Part shown: piece after piece, positions 12,961 to 25,960 of the stretch
How positions within the stretch are numbered: the stretch's first letter is position 1
How the letters are laid out: each line of letters opens with the position of its first letter
Origin: Bispira polyomma
Lineage: Eukaryota
NCBI GenBank assembly: GCA_965649765.1
Contig: OZ287754.1
Coordinates: 30,442,001 to 30,506,000 of the forward strand
Reading direction: 5' to 3'
Length of the DNA: 64,000 nucleotides
Made by a program: the position numbers and the translations under genes
The notes under the pieces: model-generated
Told to the model about the DNA's origin: nothing
The model's database searches: none
The model's input: the letters and a program-made list of their open reading frames with translations, nothing else

Positions 12961-14189
12961 ATTGTATTGTAATTGTAATTAGACTTTTATAGCAATTAAT
13001 CTCCCCTTAACGAAGGGGACTCAAAGGCGCAACAGCACAAAAGACAGTAATCCAATTTCCAATATAAAGGGACAAAAAAGGGTTGAGCACCACAGAGCGT
13101 GCCGGGGGATGATTGAGACTGAGGTGGGTATGCTTTGGTGTACAAGTGGGTTTTAAGCTGCTTTCTAAAAGAGGCTAGTGAGGGGGAAGCACGAATCACA
13201 TCAGGAAGAGCATTCCAAACAATGGGAGCATCAAAAGCAAAGCTGTGACCAAACTGTTTAACTGACTTTTGAGTAGATGGGTGGAACTTTGGAACTACAA
13301 GGAAATTACTACCACTCTCACTGCGTCTGGTATTATAGGAACTACTGTAAGATGAAATATATGGGGCAAGATACCTTGGAAATCCAGTGTGAAGAAACTT
13401 ATAAACAAGTGTAGCTGTTTTAAACACTTAACGCTGTTTAACAGGAAGTCAATGCAATTTCTTAAGAACAGGAGTTATACTGGTGTATCGACTGGTGTTT
13501 GACACAATTCTAGCTACACTATTTTGAATGCATTGTAATTTACGTAATTTAAACTTTGAGAGTCCTGAAAAGTGAATTGCAGTAATCCAGTCTACTACTG
13601 ACAAAAGCATAGGCCACAAGCATCATAATTGAGAAACCGTCTGACACATCTAAAGTCCCGAAGTTGCACAAAACAACTTTTGCAGACACTCTGTCATTTT
13701 GACCCAAAGATTATAAACTCAGTCTTGTCGGGATCAAGTTTGGGTTTACCAGTTGACATCCACTCTTTTACATCGTCAAGGCACCTCTTCAACTGTTCGA
13801 AGGCAGTGGATGTGTTCTTATGGGATAAGTGCACATAAATTTGGGTCTCATCTATCAAATGAAACTTAATACCCTTATATTTGCCAATCACCATTCTGAG
13901 AGGAGCAATGTACAATGAAAACAATAGAGGGCCCAAAACAGAACCTTGAGGAACACCAAACAAGAGTTTACAAAGATCGGACAAAGTAGAGCCTATTTTT
14001 ATCGACTGATAACGATCAGTTAAGTAGGAAGTGAACCATTTAAGAACAAAGCCCACAACTCCAACCCAAGTCTGAAGACAACTGAGAAGAGTATAATGAT
14101 CAATGGTGTCAAAGGCAGCAGAGAAGTCAAGCAATACAAGGGCAGTAGGTTAGCCTCTTGACAAAGATAGGTGAACTTCATTTTTATTG
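12961..14189 (-). mobile_element. 5'-truncated L2/CR1-group LINE (RT and C-terminal region)
   Basis: LDFSAAFDTIDH, GVPQGSVLGPLLF, KLDPDKTEF, FKTATLVYKFLH and FRKQLKTHLY motifs; short ATTAC-type tail at 12961-12980. Confidence 0.92.
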
Positions 14190-14860
14190 ACCATTTGGCC
14201 ATTACCAAAAAGACCAATTTTTGTAGCCATGCCATCTTTGATAGATGTAACAACAACATCATTATGAACAATCTCCAAATCCACAATCAGGAACTAAACT
14301 GCAATGAGCCTGCCACTGATAAAACACTCACCACCAGAAGTACCTCACAGAAAACAACTCCAAAAGATTATAATCCTTGGAATAACTTTTCACCAACACG
14401 TCAGAAAAACCAGAGGACAAGGATTCTAAGAAAACAAAGACCCCAGAATGCTGAACTCAGCTACCCCCCTCAACAACGGACAGACAGTACAGTACATTAG
14501 AATTTGTTCTAGAAGGACAAACAAAATGGGTTCTTGTGTGGCATGCATGAATATTTGATATAGTTTTATATCATGCATTGCTCTCCATTAAAAGCCAGAC
14601 GCTTAAAATTAATATGATTTTAACTCATGAAAAAGTGTCCCTTTTTAATCTTGTGCTTATATGTCTTTAGCCAGGAATGGTCATCATTTGCAGTATATAT
14701 ATTGCTACATCTTAATGGAATGGGCACAAGACATGAGCAAGGTGATTTTAATACAGTGACTCATGATAAAGTAGACAGTCACATAAATTACTATTGTATT
14801 ACCACAATTTTGAATAAATAAACATAAGTATGGCAAACCTTTAATACCTTTAATAGGAAC
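14190..14860. repeat. Segmental duplicate of 23043-23870
   Basis: Colinear, moderately diverged match (e.g. gatagatgtaa.aacaacatcattatgaacaatctccaaat; ttcttgtgtggcatgcatgaatatttgat). Confidence 0.88.
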
Positions 14861-15343
14861 AGTGAACTTTAATAACATAGCATTTTTGATAGATAATACA
14901 TAATGATACTGATCTGACACTTAATAGACTGGGGGTAGTGAAAACTATAAATTGTAAATAATGACTAATTTCATTTTATTTCAACTGATAAACGTAAGAA
15001 AACAATATATGATTTGTTAATTGCTTTAACAGATATGTAATGACAGAATAAAAGTAGCAAAAGTTGTTATAGGTATATGGCATTGTGCCATCGAAAATAA
15101 AGCTATAGTAAATAAGGGTGTCACATGCAAATCATCGATATCCTTCTGTTTTTCCATCATTTTCCTTGCACAAGTGGTCAGCTGCCATAAAATATGTCCT
15201 TTACTTCACAATGTACATATGTACAGATTTATGTGTCAGCTCACCTTGAAATGAACACACAGTTTTATACACTTACACATTGAATGTATGCAGATTATAT
15301 ATGTATATCCATGCTGATCAATTCCATTACACAGATCTATGAT

Positions 15344-17217
15344 TTATTTAATCACATAGGCTGACAGTTTACTCCTCCACCACTCTCCCCACAGTACAAA
15401 CATCCTGTCTCTGACCGCTAGGACATCTCTTGGCCGCTCCACTCTCCTCAGTCTGTACTGCCTCCATTCACGCTGTGGACTCCTCACCTGGATACGGTGG
15501 TTACTGTAATCACACACAATCAAAGCGTGGCCACTATCTGTACCACTGACTAAAGGTCCACAGAACTGACCTAACTCACTCCCCTCTGTGATACCATACT
15601 CCTTCAGGTACTTCCCCTGTAGAGAGTACTTGTAGATTGCATGTGTCCAGTGGTAACACACATATACAGAGTTAGTGACGGTGCAATGTTTTAAGTGATT
15701 TGTTTGCATCTTTCACGGTAAAGTAAGACAGCTTACTCCACTTGTTCCTGCTCCATTTATATATCTTGATCTCACAATTGTCAAACTCAACAGCCCAAAG
15801 CCTCTCTCTATCGATACAGACATCTGTAAAGTTACCATCAGAGAGTTTATACTGGAGCTGACCCTGGGTATTTAGTGAGTACAAGCCATTACTACAGGCA
15901 GCAATTACCTCATTTTTACTGGTCTGACAAAAAGACCTCACACGTTTCAATGTATTGCAATACATTTGTGTGAGGATGTTTTTACTGGTGTCAAATACCT
16001 CATAATTACCTTTGTCTGATAAACTTGACATCCAGATATTACCATCTACAGTAGCCAGTCTGTATGGATATCCTTGTACATTTTCTGTAGGTACAGATTC
16101 CCCAATCTCTGACATCACCTTATTCATATTCACCCTGAGTGACCTTGTGTTCCGGGGTGTACTAAATACCTTTTTATCCTCAATATAACTTGGATGTTTC
16201 AGAAATCTGTGCCCTTTGCCAATGTCAGGATTCTGTTCAAACACAGGACGTTTTAGCTTTATCTCTGTATGGACACAATGGCTTTTGCTTGTGCACACTG
16301 ATTTGCTCCATCAACCCTCTCAATCCCTTCAGTAAACTATACCCTTTAGCATTACTCAGGGTGGTTTTACAAATGTCAACAATATTCTGTCTCACCACTC
16401 TCTGGGTCTTGTTATTCTCACGAGCCTCTTCTATCACATCCAGACTTGCTTTTTCTTGCTTATCTAGCTTTCCCATAATGCCACTGAACTGCATCTCAAT
16501 AGATGCAATGATGGTATCCTTGTATGTTTGATACTGGGATTTCATATTCTTGAATAATTCTTTTACAACTGGAATTTCTGTCTCCAGACATCTGTCTTCA
16601 TAGTTCAGTTCCTCAATGTCAATCACAACAGATTCCGCTTTTTTATCCACCACAGGTCTCAGTTTCCAAATACGGGATTCGACTGTTTCTGACTTGTGTC
16701 TCTCATGGTCTGTTACTGTACACTTCAGGCAGATAACCCGGTCACAATCTATGCAATACTGGTCTGTTACATGATCAGGGTGGGTCTCACAGTAAAAGTT
16801 AATGTCCAGTGTCGGCTCACCACCACAGTCTCTGTAGGTGTGTGGTCTACTGTTGGGAGTCCTTTTGTGTTTTCTTTGACAGCCTTCACACAGGTTAACC
16901 TTACAGTCTATACACACGACCACAGCATCAGTCTCCTCACTCTCATCACACAGGTGGCAATACTGGCTCTTTGATTTCTTTAACAAAGCATGGAAGTCGA
17001 GGAATTCGTGAAGAACACAGATTTCGATGTATGCCCCTTTTCTAGAAAATAGCCTGCACTGTGGACACAAGATTCCCTCTTTGACATTCTGGAGTAAACA
17101 CTCCTCACAGTAACTGTGGCTACATGGCAGAGTCTTAGGTGAGTTCAGTATATCCAGACATATTGAACACGTCAGGATCCTCTCTATTCCTTGGACTTTA
17201 TGCTCTGATGAGGCCAT
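15344..17217 (-). pseudogene. TRIM/RBCC E3 ligase (RING, B-box1, B-box2, coiled coil, NHL-like beta-propeller; TRIM2/3/56-like), intronless CDS with two frameshifts
   Basis: RING CSICLD...LPCSHSYCEECL...CPQC; B-box1 CHLC...CIDCKVNLCEGC...H; B-box2 CETH...YCIDCDRVICLKC...HERH. Propeller-like repeats in overlapping ORFs 15672-16298 and 15344-15709. Acceptor-like AG just upstream of the ATG; AATAAA at 14975-14980. Could be an intact gene with assembly errors. Confidence 0.85.
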
Positions 17218-17739
17218 GTCTCCTGTGTCAGCTAATGCAATAATGAAATAAAAGTTTAATGACTATCTTAACTTATGTGCCAGTGAAATGTTTGTTTCAA
17301 ATGATATTGCCTTCCTTGTGCACATCTATCTACTTCAACAAACTGATTTATAATGGCCTATCGTGTATCATCTGTTCTTCGTTATGCCCAGGTCCCACAT
17401 AGAAGAGGGTGCTGTGAGCATGACAGGAAATGTTTGAGAATAATCGAGAGTTTAGATTCTACATCATTCTCCATGAAAAGGACTGGACAGTGTTGTTTTT
17501 TATGTGTCAGTGACCATATACCAAGTATTGACGATGCCAAAGCAGACTCCACAACAAGGAACAAATAATACACTTCAATGGATGGCAAGATAAGCGAGGG
17601 GTGGAGGAAGCATGGCAAATAGCCAAAAATGGTTAGGAATTCCCTACATTCAACATCCAAATTCATAAATGTGTAACCAAGGCTTGAAAAACTAGATGAG
17701 GAATGACGACATGTAGGCCAATGTCCGTATGAGGAAGCT

Positions 17740-20700
17740 CATTGACCATATTTGTGGTTTAGCGTGCACCAGTTAAGTAGCATTTTAAAATTTCCGTTTC
17801 GCGAATTGTAAAATTCTTACTGGTACCTCGAGTTATGGCGAAAAACATTATATATTTTGATTAATTACAGTTCTTTTTATCATATTTACTTTGTCTGTCT
17901 TATAGGGCTTTTCTTGCCATTTATCACCTAGCTGTTTAACATTCTGTTATTATCGCCCACATTTCCCGTTTTACGCATTCATTTTTTTTCTGCTATTTTC
18001 GCATTTCCTTTTCTTCTATGTGACTTTGTTAACATATTTTTATACTACAAGTGTTTTTACATAGAATAGATTACATCTTTTATTTTGATTCTGTCTAGCT
18101 GTATTTATATTTGGTTCTTTTTCTTGCCACATTCCCCGTTTTATGCATTCGTTTTTTTCTGCTATTTTCGCATTTCCTTTTCTTTTATATGACTTTGTTC
18201 ACATATTTTTATACTACAAGTGTTTTTACATAGAATAGACTACATCTTTTATTTTATTCTGTCTGGCTGTGATTTATATTTGGTTCTTTTTCTTGCTACT
18301 GCTCCTTCACCTCTGAGATGTGGAAGTTCTGTTTAACACTTCTCCCGTGTATACCCTTTCCTGTGAAATTCGAAAAAACCAGTCCTACTCGTCTTTCGAA
18401 CACATTTCATGCAAAATTTCAAACGGTTATCATTCATTCCTAGTTTCCTCCTTTTACAGACCACCCATCCCTTCTTTAACTAGTTTTACTCAAGAGTTTT
18501 CCGAATTCCTTGAGACCCTTAACCTTCTCCCATTTGAAGCTATCATCCTTGGTGATTTCAACATCAAGCTCGACATAGAAAATACTGCGACAAAAGATTT
18601 CAACACCCTCCTCGACACTTTTGGGTTCTCACAGTTTATCTCTACTTCAACCCACATCCACAATCACATACTCGATCTGGTAATCGCAAGACCAAATTCA
18701 AATCTCATCAGAGAATCATGGGTAACTGATGGGATTTCAGATCACCTAGCAACCTTCGCCTATTTAAATTTACCAATACCTGCCTCACATAAACCTTGTG
18801 TCATAAAATACAGAAACATCAGAAAAATTAATATAAACAAATTCAGAGACGATATCCTGGAAACTAATCTCATCAAACATCCATGCAAAAATGCTGAAAG
18901 CCTTAGCTTACAATACAATCACTGCCTTTCTACTGTCCTTGATAAACATGCGCCATGGGTATCAAAAACCCTTCCCCCAACTAACAACCATGAATGGACC
19001 AATGCCGCCATTACAGAAGCCAAAAGACGCAAACGCCAACTTGAACGTCAATGGCGACGCACAAAATCCTCCTTAGACAGAAGCCGTTACCGTATCGCCA
19101 CAAATAATTACAACAGGCTAATAACTGATGCCAAAAAGCAACACTATGACTCCATCATCACCGAAAATCAGGATAATGCCAAAAGGTTATGGGCCTCCAT
19201 AAACAAAATTCTACATCGAACATCAGAGAAGGTTCTCCCCATAAACCACTGTCTTACATTTTTAGCAGAAAAATTTGGAAAATTTTTTATAGAAAAAATC
19301 AGCAACATTCGTGACGCCTTCCCAACGATACATCACTTCAATCCTCCAGCCCCAGGATATAAGGTTTGTAACCTGTTTCATTTTAGTACACTGTCAGAGC
19401 TTGAAGTTCTGAAACTCATCAAATCCTCTACTATTAAATCTTGTGACTTAGATCCCATCCCAACAGTTATTCTGAGTCAATGTCTTGACATTCTTGTCAC
19501 ACCCATAACAAATATATTAAATTTTTCTCTTCGGGATGGTGTTTTTCCAACCTGTTTCAAGACGGCAAATGTAACGCCCTTGATTAAAAAGCAAGGGCTT
19601 GATAAAAACCATCTCAAAAACTACAGACCGGTGTCAAACCTTAGCTTCGTCTCAAAAGTCATCGAGAAAGCTGTAGCTAAACAAATTTCTGACCACCTTA
19701 ATAGACAAAACATTGAAAATCGCCACCAGTCTGCTTATAGAAAATTTCACCTACAGAAAGTGCCCTTTTTTCCATCAGCAATGATATCAATCTTGCACTG
19801 GACCGCAACGACACAGTGGCCCTCACCCTTCTGGATCTCTCAGCTGCATTCGACACTATTGATCATGTCCTGCTCTGCGACACTCTCAAGCAGTGGTTCG
19901 GTATAAATGGCAGTGTCCTTAAATGGATCAGATCCTACCTTACTCTTAGGGCACAAAGAATTAAACTAGATGATCACCTATCATCTTCCATAAAACTTCC
20001 ATATGGAGTACCCCACGGATCTGTCCTTGGTCCTCTACTTTTCACCCTTTATACACATCCTCTCAGCACTGTCATCAATAAACACAATATAAAACATCAC
20101 ATGTATGCAGACGACACTCAAGTCTATTTCTCCCTCAATCCACAAAACGCAGATACTAACATAGACCTACTTGCAGACTGTCTGTCTGATGTCCAGGCGT
20201 GGATGAACTACTCCAAACTAAAGCTTAACCCTGACAAAACAGAATTCATCCTCATAGGAAACAAGAAAAACAGTGAACTCCTAAAATCTTTGTTTCCCAT
20301 CTCCCGGCTGGGAAAAGACATACTACCTTCCGAAAATGCTAAAAACCTGGGTGTCACTTTTGATTCAGCTTTTTCGTTCGATACTCATGTTGCCAACATC
20401 TGTCGCTCCTGCTACTACCACATACGCGACATCAAAAGAATCAGAAACCACTTGTCCAAGGACACAGCGATAATTGTGGCAAATGCCCTTATAAGTAGCC
20501 GCCTCGACTACTGCAATTCTCTCTTGTACGAAGCAAATAAGTCAAACATTTAAAATTCACGTTACCACTTTTAAGGCTGTAATCACTCAACAGCCACCCT
20601 ACCTTGCCTCCCTTCTTTCCTTTAGTAACCGCAAGAGAGGCAACAGACTCTCTGTCACTTCGGTTAGACCAATCAGAAAGGCGGGTTTCAGAGCGTTCTC

Positions 20701-20965
20701 CACCGCAGCTCCACAGTTATGGAACAGTCTCCCAGTTGACCTCAGATCAGTTAACACACTTATCGGTTTTAGGAAAAAGCTTAAAACCTATCTTTTTAAT
20801 CTTGCCTACCCACCTTAGCTTTCCTCGTGCACGCTCCCACTTCCTTCCTTACGACTCTGCAATTTCCATGGACTTAATGATTGGACTAATGATTCTGCTG
20901 TTGTGCTTTAGAAGATGCCTAGCATCAATAAAGCGCGTTAAAAATCTATAATAATAATAATAATA
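17740..20965 (+). mobile_element. L2/CR1-group APE-RT LINE, apparently 5'-complete, with internal deletions and one RT frameshift
   Basis: ORFs 18320-19906 (FYRPP, GDFN, HILDLV, SDH, NYRPVSNL) and 19816-20553 (LLDLSAAFDT, YADDTQ). (AAT)n tail; 11-bp TSD ATGAGGAAGCT at 17729-17739 and 20966-20976. Confidence 0.95.
17956..18297. repeat. 170-bp tandem duplication in the LINE 5' region
   Basis: ccacatt(t/c)cccgtttta... starts at 17957 and at 18127. Confidence 0.85.
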
Positions 20966-21919
20966 ATGAGGAAGCTACCACTTCAAAGAAGCTGCTACTA
21001 ACCATCTCAATTTGTTTGTGAAAAAAACGACAACCAGGAATTATTTCAAGTTCGCCGTCATTCTCAAGCAAAATTCACCACAGTGGGACTTGTGCATTAC
21101 TATAACGTTTGGACTAGAGAAGTGTTTGTTAACATTGTTTTTAAGTACTTGTCTTATCTTGTTTTATATATTGATATTGCTACAATCACCAAAGTGAGGA
21201 CAAAGTTTAACAATCGAAGATAAAGTAAAATCTTAAATAACGTTTTTAAGTTACTACAGTGAAAACATCCAGAATAATTTACTCTGGTATAAATATGTCA
21301 TTTGATTTAAGTCTAGTGTACATGCAGAACTTGTTGCTTGTTCAGTCCACACACCATACATTATGTAAACCTTAACACTTTCTGTCTATCCGTGCCCCTC
21401 CAGTCACAGCTTAGCACACCTGTTACCCCAACCTTCTATTGCTGGACTCCATGCTGATTTCATCATTTCACCTGTAAACAGCAACGCCAAGGAATTTAAA
21501 AATATTTACACCACAAACTAGTTTACGATTAAGTTGATATTATGGTCAGCTTAGCCTTAATAGAAATGATATGACGTGTCGGACACTGTTTGTGTACCTT
21601 AATTGACTAAATCCTGAAGAGAGGTTAGAGTGTGGCGCTCTCATATATGAATGCTACAACCTACTGTCCAAAGTGTAAAGATAACAGTCTTCACTTGATC
21701 AACGCCTCATGATAACCATTCACCTTGAGAGCACAGAACCACCCACCATTAACAACTATTTTTGTTATACAACCATTAAATGATCCTCTACTCAAAGTAA
21801 CAGTAATCATAAGATCATACTATGTTAATCATGCATACTGGAAAATAATGCATATTTAACACTGTCCATAGCCTTAATACAGAGAATTGATTTCAAGATG
21901 ATGAAGTTGAATTGGGGCT

Positions 21920-22165
21920 GGGGCCTTGGTGGTGTAATGGTAATATACTCACCTCCCACCTCTGCAGTCGTTCGTTCGAATCTGGACCCTGGCGTCTTTA
22001 TGGGAAAGTTGGTAATACACTTCCTGAAGGCTGGTGATTTGCATGGTGGAGCAGAAAACCTTGTCCAACTACCTGCTCTCATTTTTTGTTAAATAATACA
22101 CTGTCCACCATGATATGACACAAAGCGTGTTGAATGCGATATCAAAACTAAAAACGAAAATAAAC
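21920..22165 (+). mobile_element. tRNA-derived SINE (family B); degenerate relatives at ~34485-34655 (+) and ~39830-40020 (-)
   Basis: A-box-like ggtggtgtaatggt, B-box-like gttcgaatc, shared core aaaccttg(a/t)ccaactac, A-rich tail. Confidence 0.65.
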
Positions 22166-22469
22166 TATTGAACCATTAATAAAAAGAATACATGTAAGCT
22201 GATATGTTTTAACCTATGTTATTTACAATAAATACTTTCATTTCGAAGTTAGCTATTTGTAAAAGAGGCTTGGATTTGAAAATTTCAGCAAACATTTTTA
22301 AGTGTGTTACTCACATTAATCACATTACACTACGATGGTCGTAAGGAAAGATGTAAAGCTGGACATGGAGGGAATTATGGTGGCAGGCGAGCTTGAAGAG
22401 TTGGGTTTTAAACTGTTTTCTAAGCCGAACCAGTGCCTCAAGTGATCTAAGCTTAACATGGATACCATT

Positions 22470-22615
22470 CCATAATGTGCCCATATACCCACAATACAGG
22501 GTAGTGTCTCTAAAATGTACCTATATACCCATAATACAAGGTAGTGTGCCCATAATGTGCCCATATACTACAATAAACAGGTAGTGTGCGCATAATGTGC
22601 CCATATACCTACAAA
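22470..22615. repeat. Third block of the ~39-bp minisatellite
   Basis: cataatgtgcccatatac...aggtagtgtg units. Confidence 0.85.
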
Positions 22616-23560
22616 CTACAAGTACTTACTTATATTTACAGAAACTTTTTAAAGTCTAACAAAGCTGGACAATTTGATAAGCTGTCCTTTCTATATCAAT
22701 GGTGAGGAAGTTACTTTTAGCTATTCAGGCTCTTGCTAATGTAGAAATCTGCGCAGCACTTTTTTCTGGCTTTTCAAAGGACACATTTCTGGTTCAATAT
22801 ATATCTAATCTAATCACTATTTTATTCTACAGTTGCTTTTTATCCTACACTTTTTACCCACAGATTTCCACTTTAAAGTTTTTTTTCCAAAGTCATCTGA
22901 CTTCCGTTTAAAAATACTTAATGTACCTCCAACCATTTTGGCTGAGCTACTCCAGATCATTTTGCCCCGGGATGTCATTGTCATCGAATACCAATCCACC
23001 TGACTACCAAAGGCATTCCAATGAAAGGAAACAGGCTAGCCACTCAGCCATTGCCAAAAGACCAATTTTTGTGGCCATCCCATCATCGATAGATGTAAGA
23101 ACAACATCATTATGAACAATCTCCAAATCTACACTCTAAAGTCAAACTGCGATGAGCCTGCCACTGATAAAACAGTAATCACCAGAAGCACCTCATAGAA
23201 AACAACTCCAAAAAAATTATAATCCTTGGAATAACCTTTTACCAACACGTCAGAGAAACCAGAAGACAAGGATTTTAAGAAAACAAAGACCCTACAATGC
23301 TAAACTCACATACCCCCTCAATAACGGACAGACAGTATAGTACATTAGAATTTGCTCTAGAAGGACAAACAAAATTGGTTCTTGTGTGGCATGCATGAAT
23401 ATTTGATATCATTTTATATCATGCATTGCTCTCCATTAAAACCCAGACACTTAAAATTAATGTGACTTTACTCATGAAAAAGTGTCCATTGTTAATCTTT
23501 TATTTTTATGTCTTTAGCCAGGAATGGTTATATGCAGCATATATATTGCTACGTCTTAAT

Positions 23561-23742
23561 TGATCACTTCGTAGATATGCCCGCACCCACCAATTTGATG
23601 TATTGTTGGTAATCTTTGGGGTAAACAAAGTTTTGAATTTGCGATTATTCTTCTAAAACATTCATTCAAAGCGTTTCATGTTTATCCCAAAGATTACCCA
23701 CAATACATCAACTTGGTGGGTGTGTGCCCATCTACGAAGTAA
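23561..23742. mobile_element. Hairpin MITE with ~60-bp terminal inverted repeats
   Basis: acttcgtagat...ggtaatctttggggtaaaca pairs with tgtttatcccaaagattacc...atctacgaagt. TTAAT is duplicated at 23556-23560 and 23743-23747. The paralogous segment has the empty site (cttaatggaatggg, ~14711). Confidence 0.88.
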
Positions 23743-24533
23743 TTAATGGAATGGGAACAAGACATAAGCAAGGTGATTTTTTATTTTGATACGCAGTCAA
23801 ATAAATTACTATTGTATTACCACAATGTTTGAATAAACATAATTATGACAAAGCTTTAATACCTTTAAAAGTAATGGTCCAACCTTTCTGCCTTACCGAT
23901 TTATCTTCTCTCAATTCAAAATAAGAGCCAAGTATCTCAGTTTACGAGATTACACTTGCTATACAGTAACAGTTTTCTGTACTGATCTGAATGTGGACAA
24001 ACTTACAAGAAAGTGACTGGTACATTATAAAAAGCAATGAACGGTTTGTACTATAATTTATTTAGATAATAACATCACAAACATTGACAACAAATATGAA
24101 AGGTTCTAGTGTAATTGATTGAGATAACAATGTCACAAAGATGTACAACTGTACCTCATCATAAGTAACTGATATAATTTAACATAGTAATTAGCACAGA
24201 CCAAAATTAAAAATCATATTGCTCGATTGCATTGTTCACAAATTAGTCATTTACAAGTAACACTTGTTAACATTAAAAAAAAGGTCAAGACACTTAATTT
24301 ACACATGTGTATTGAATTACAACCAAAATATCACCTAGAATTAATTTCAATATCCACGATGTAAATATTACTGCAGGTTAACCTTGTAATACTCATAATT
24401 GAACCGATACTGATTATTACTGTCATAACATCTGCATATAGAAGCAGATATGAGGCAAAACTGTCACCTATAACTTATTTGGGGAAAAAATCACAGTCTG
24501 ATATATATTCCACAATCAACCAAGTCAGACTTC

Positions 24534-25682
24534 TTATAATGGAAATCTGGAATCCTGCCAATCTCCGGCTGCCATATGGGTATGTGTAGGTGGCTCCCTC
24601 TCTATTGCACACTCTACTTCAGCCTTAAATTTCTTTTCACTATTCTTCTTATTTTGGCCTTCTGGCATGAAGCGAGCAAAATCATCCACTTTCTTATGTT
24701 TGTTATCAGATGTCACAGCAGTTTCCAGACATGTAGGAGACTGAGATTCCATTTGACTCTCTTGGAGACAAGGTGCAACAACAGCAACAGTCACCTGAAA
24801 TACGGGGAAAAACAAAGATGTACAAATCAAGTAATTTATTTCATTAAGCTTAAAGTATATAACACTGTCAAAATAATAAGCCATTCTTCCTTAATTTTTT
24901 ATAAAATATACTATTTGATACATTTAAAAAAAAAATGAACTATTCAAAAATATTTCTCTGAACAAAAGATCATTTGTTAATTTATTGAGTAATGTACGAA
25001 CAAGATCTATGTTTCTGTATGATTAATAACAAAAATGATGGTGAGACAAAAATATTCATATGTAGGAAAGGGGTTTTTAGTTAATTCGGTATATAAACCA
25101 TGATCTCCACTAAATAAAGTATTTTTCCAAACATTTGTGACATATTCAAAAACAAATATTAAGTAGTTAACAACGGGTGAACACTGTTGGAAATCTTGAG
25201 ATTGTACAAAGAAATTATAACTGTACACTTACTTGCTCATGACTTATCTTGTTCTCACTGTCTGCATTGTGGTTGTCATCGTCACTCTGCCTTTGGATCA
25301 CCTCCCCTTGACCACATTCAGACAACTCCCTTTCTTTCAAATTCATTCTCCACATCTGTCTGATGTCACGTACCAGTGAGCCCCTCTTTTTGAACACTCT
25401 TTTAGCATTCACAACCCAGTCTCTGTTTCTATCCAGTCTGTTCTGAACTGCACCCAGCTGTAGATTGACGTCACCAAGCTCCTCCTTCAAGCTAATATTC
25501 TCCTCATTCAGCATGCCAACACACTCGACGGCTGCTTTGTCAGAGTCACCAGCTCGTACTACCTTCTTTTTATCTGATTTATTTATCAACAAAGACCTAG
25601 ACTTGTACACTGCATCACGGATTAGAGCCGCCTGCGACATCTGTGAGGTTTGAGCCATAACAGTAGACAACAGTTCCATCAT
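24534..25682 (-). CDS. Two-exon coiled-coil protein of unknown function (exons 25682-25233 and 24794-24534, ~236 aa; may extend to ATG 25849 across one frameshift)
   Basis: Donor CAA|GTAAGT at 25232 and acceptor tttcag at 24795 are both phase 0. Heptad-like segment LNEENISLKEELGDVNLQLGAVQNRL. TATA-like and TGACGT motifs lie upstream. Confidence 0.6.
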
Positions 25683-25960
25683 ACCAGCACCAAGTTTCTT
25701 GTAGTCCTGAGTTTCAGACTTCTCCTGAGCTAATTCAGAGTTCAGCCGTTCAAGGCATTTTCAAACCTCAGATTTTCTAATTCATTTTTTTCCAGGCCAC
25801 CAGACGTCCTCTGACGTCCAAATCCCATCTTCATCTTGAATACATTCATGATTATTCTCAAACTAAAGTAGATATACTCAAATCTTGCTAGCAGTAATTA
25901 TGCTTGTACTTTGTAAGCCAAAAAAAAGCCAGATATGTGGTTGTCCTGTGAACCCAAAAA

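Noticed and set aside
14171-14500. Stand-alone 109-aa gene
   Set aside because: Starts inside the LINE junction, and the paralog at 23043-23400 has stops; at most a remnant.
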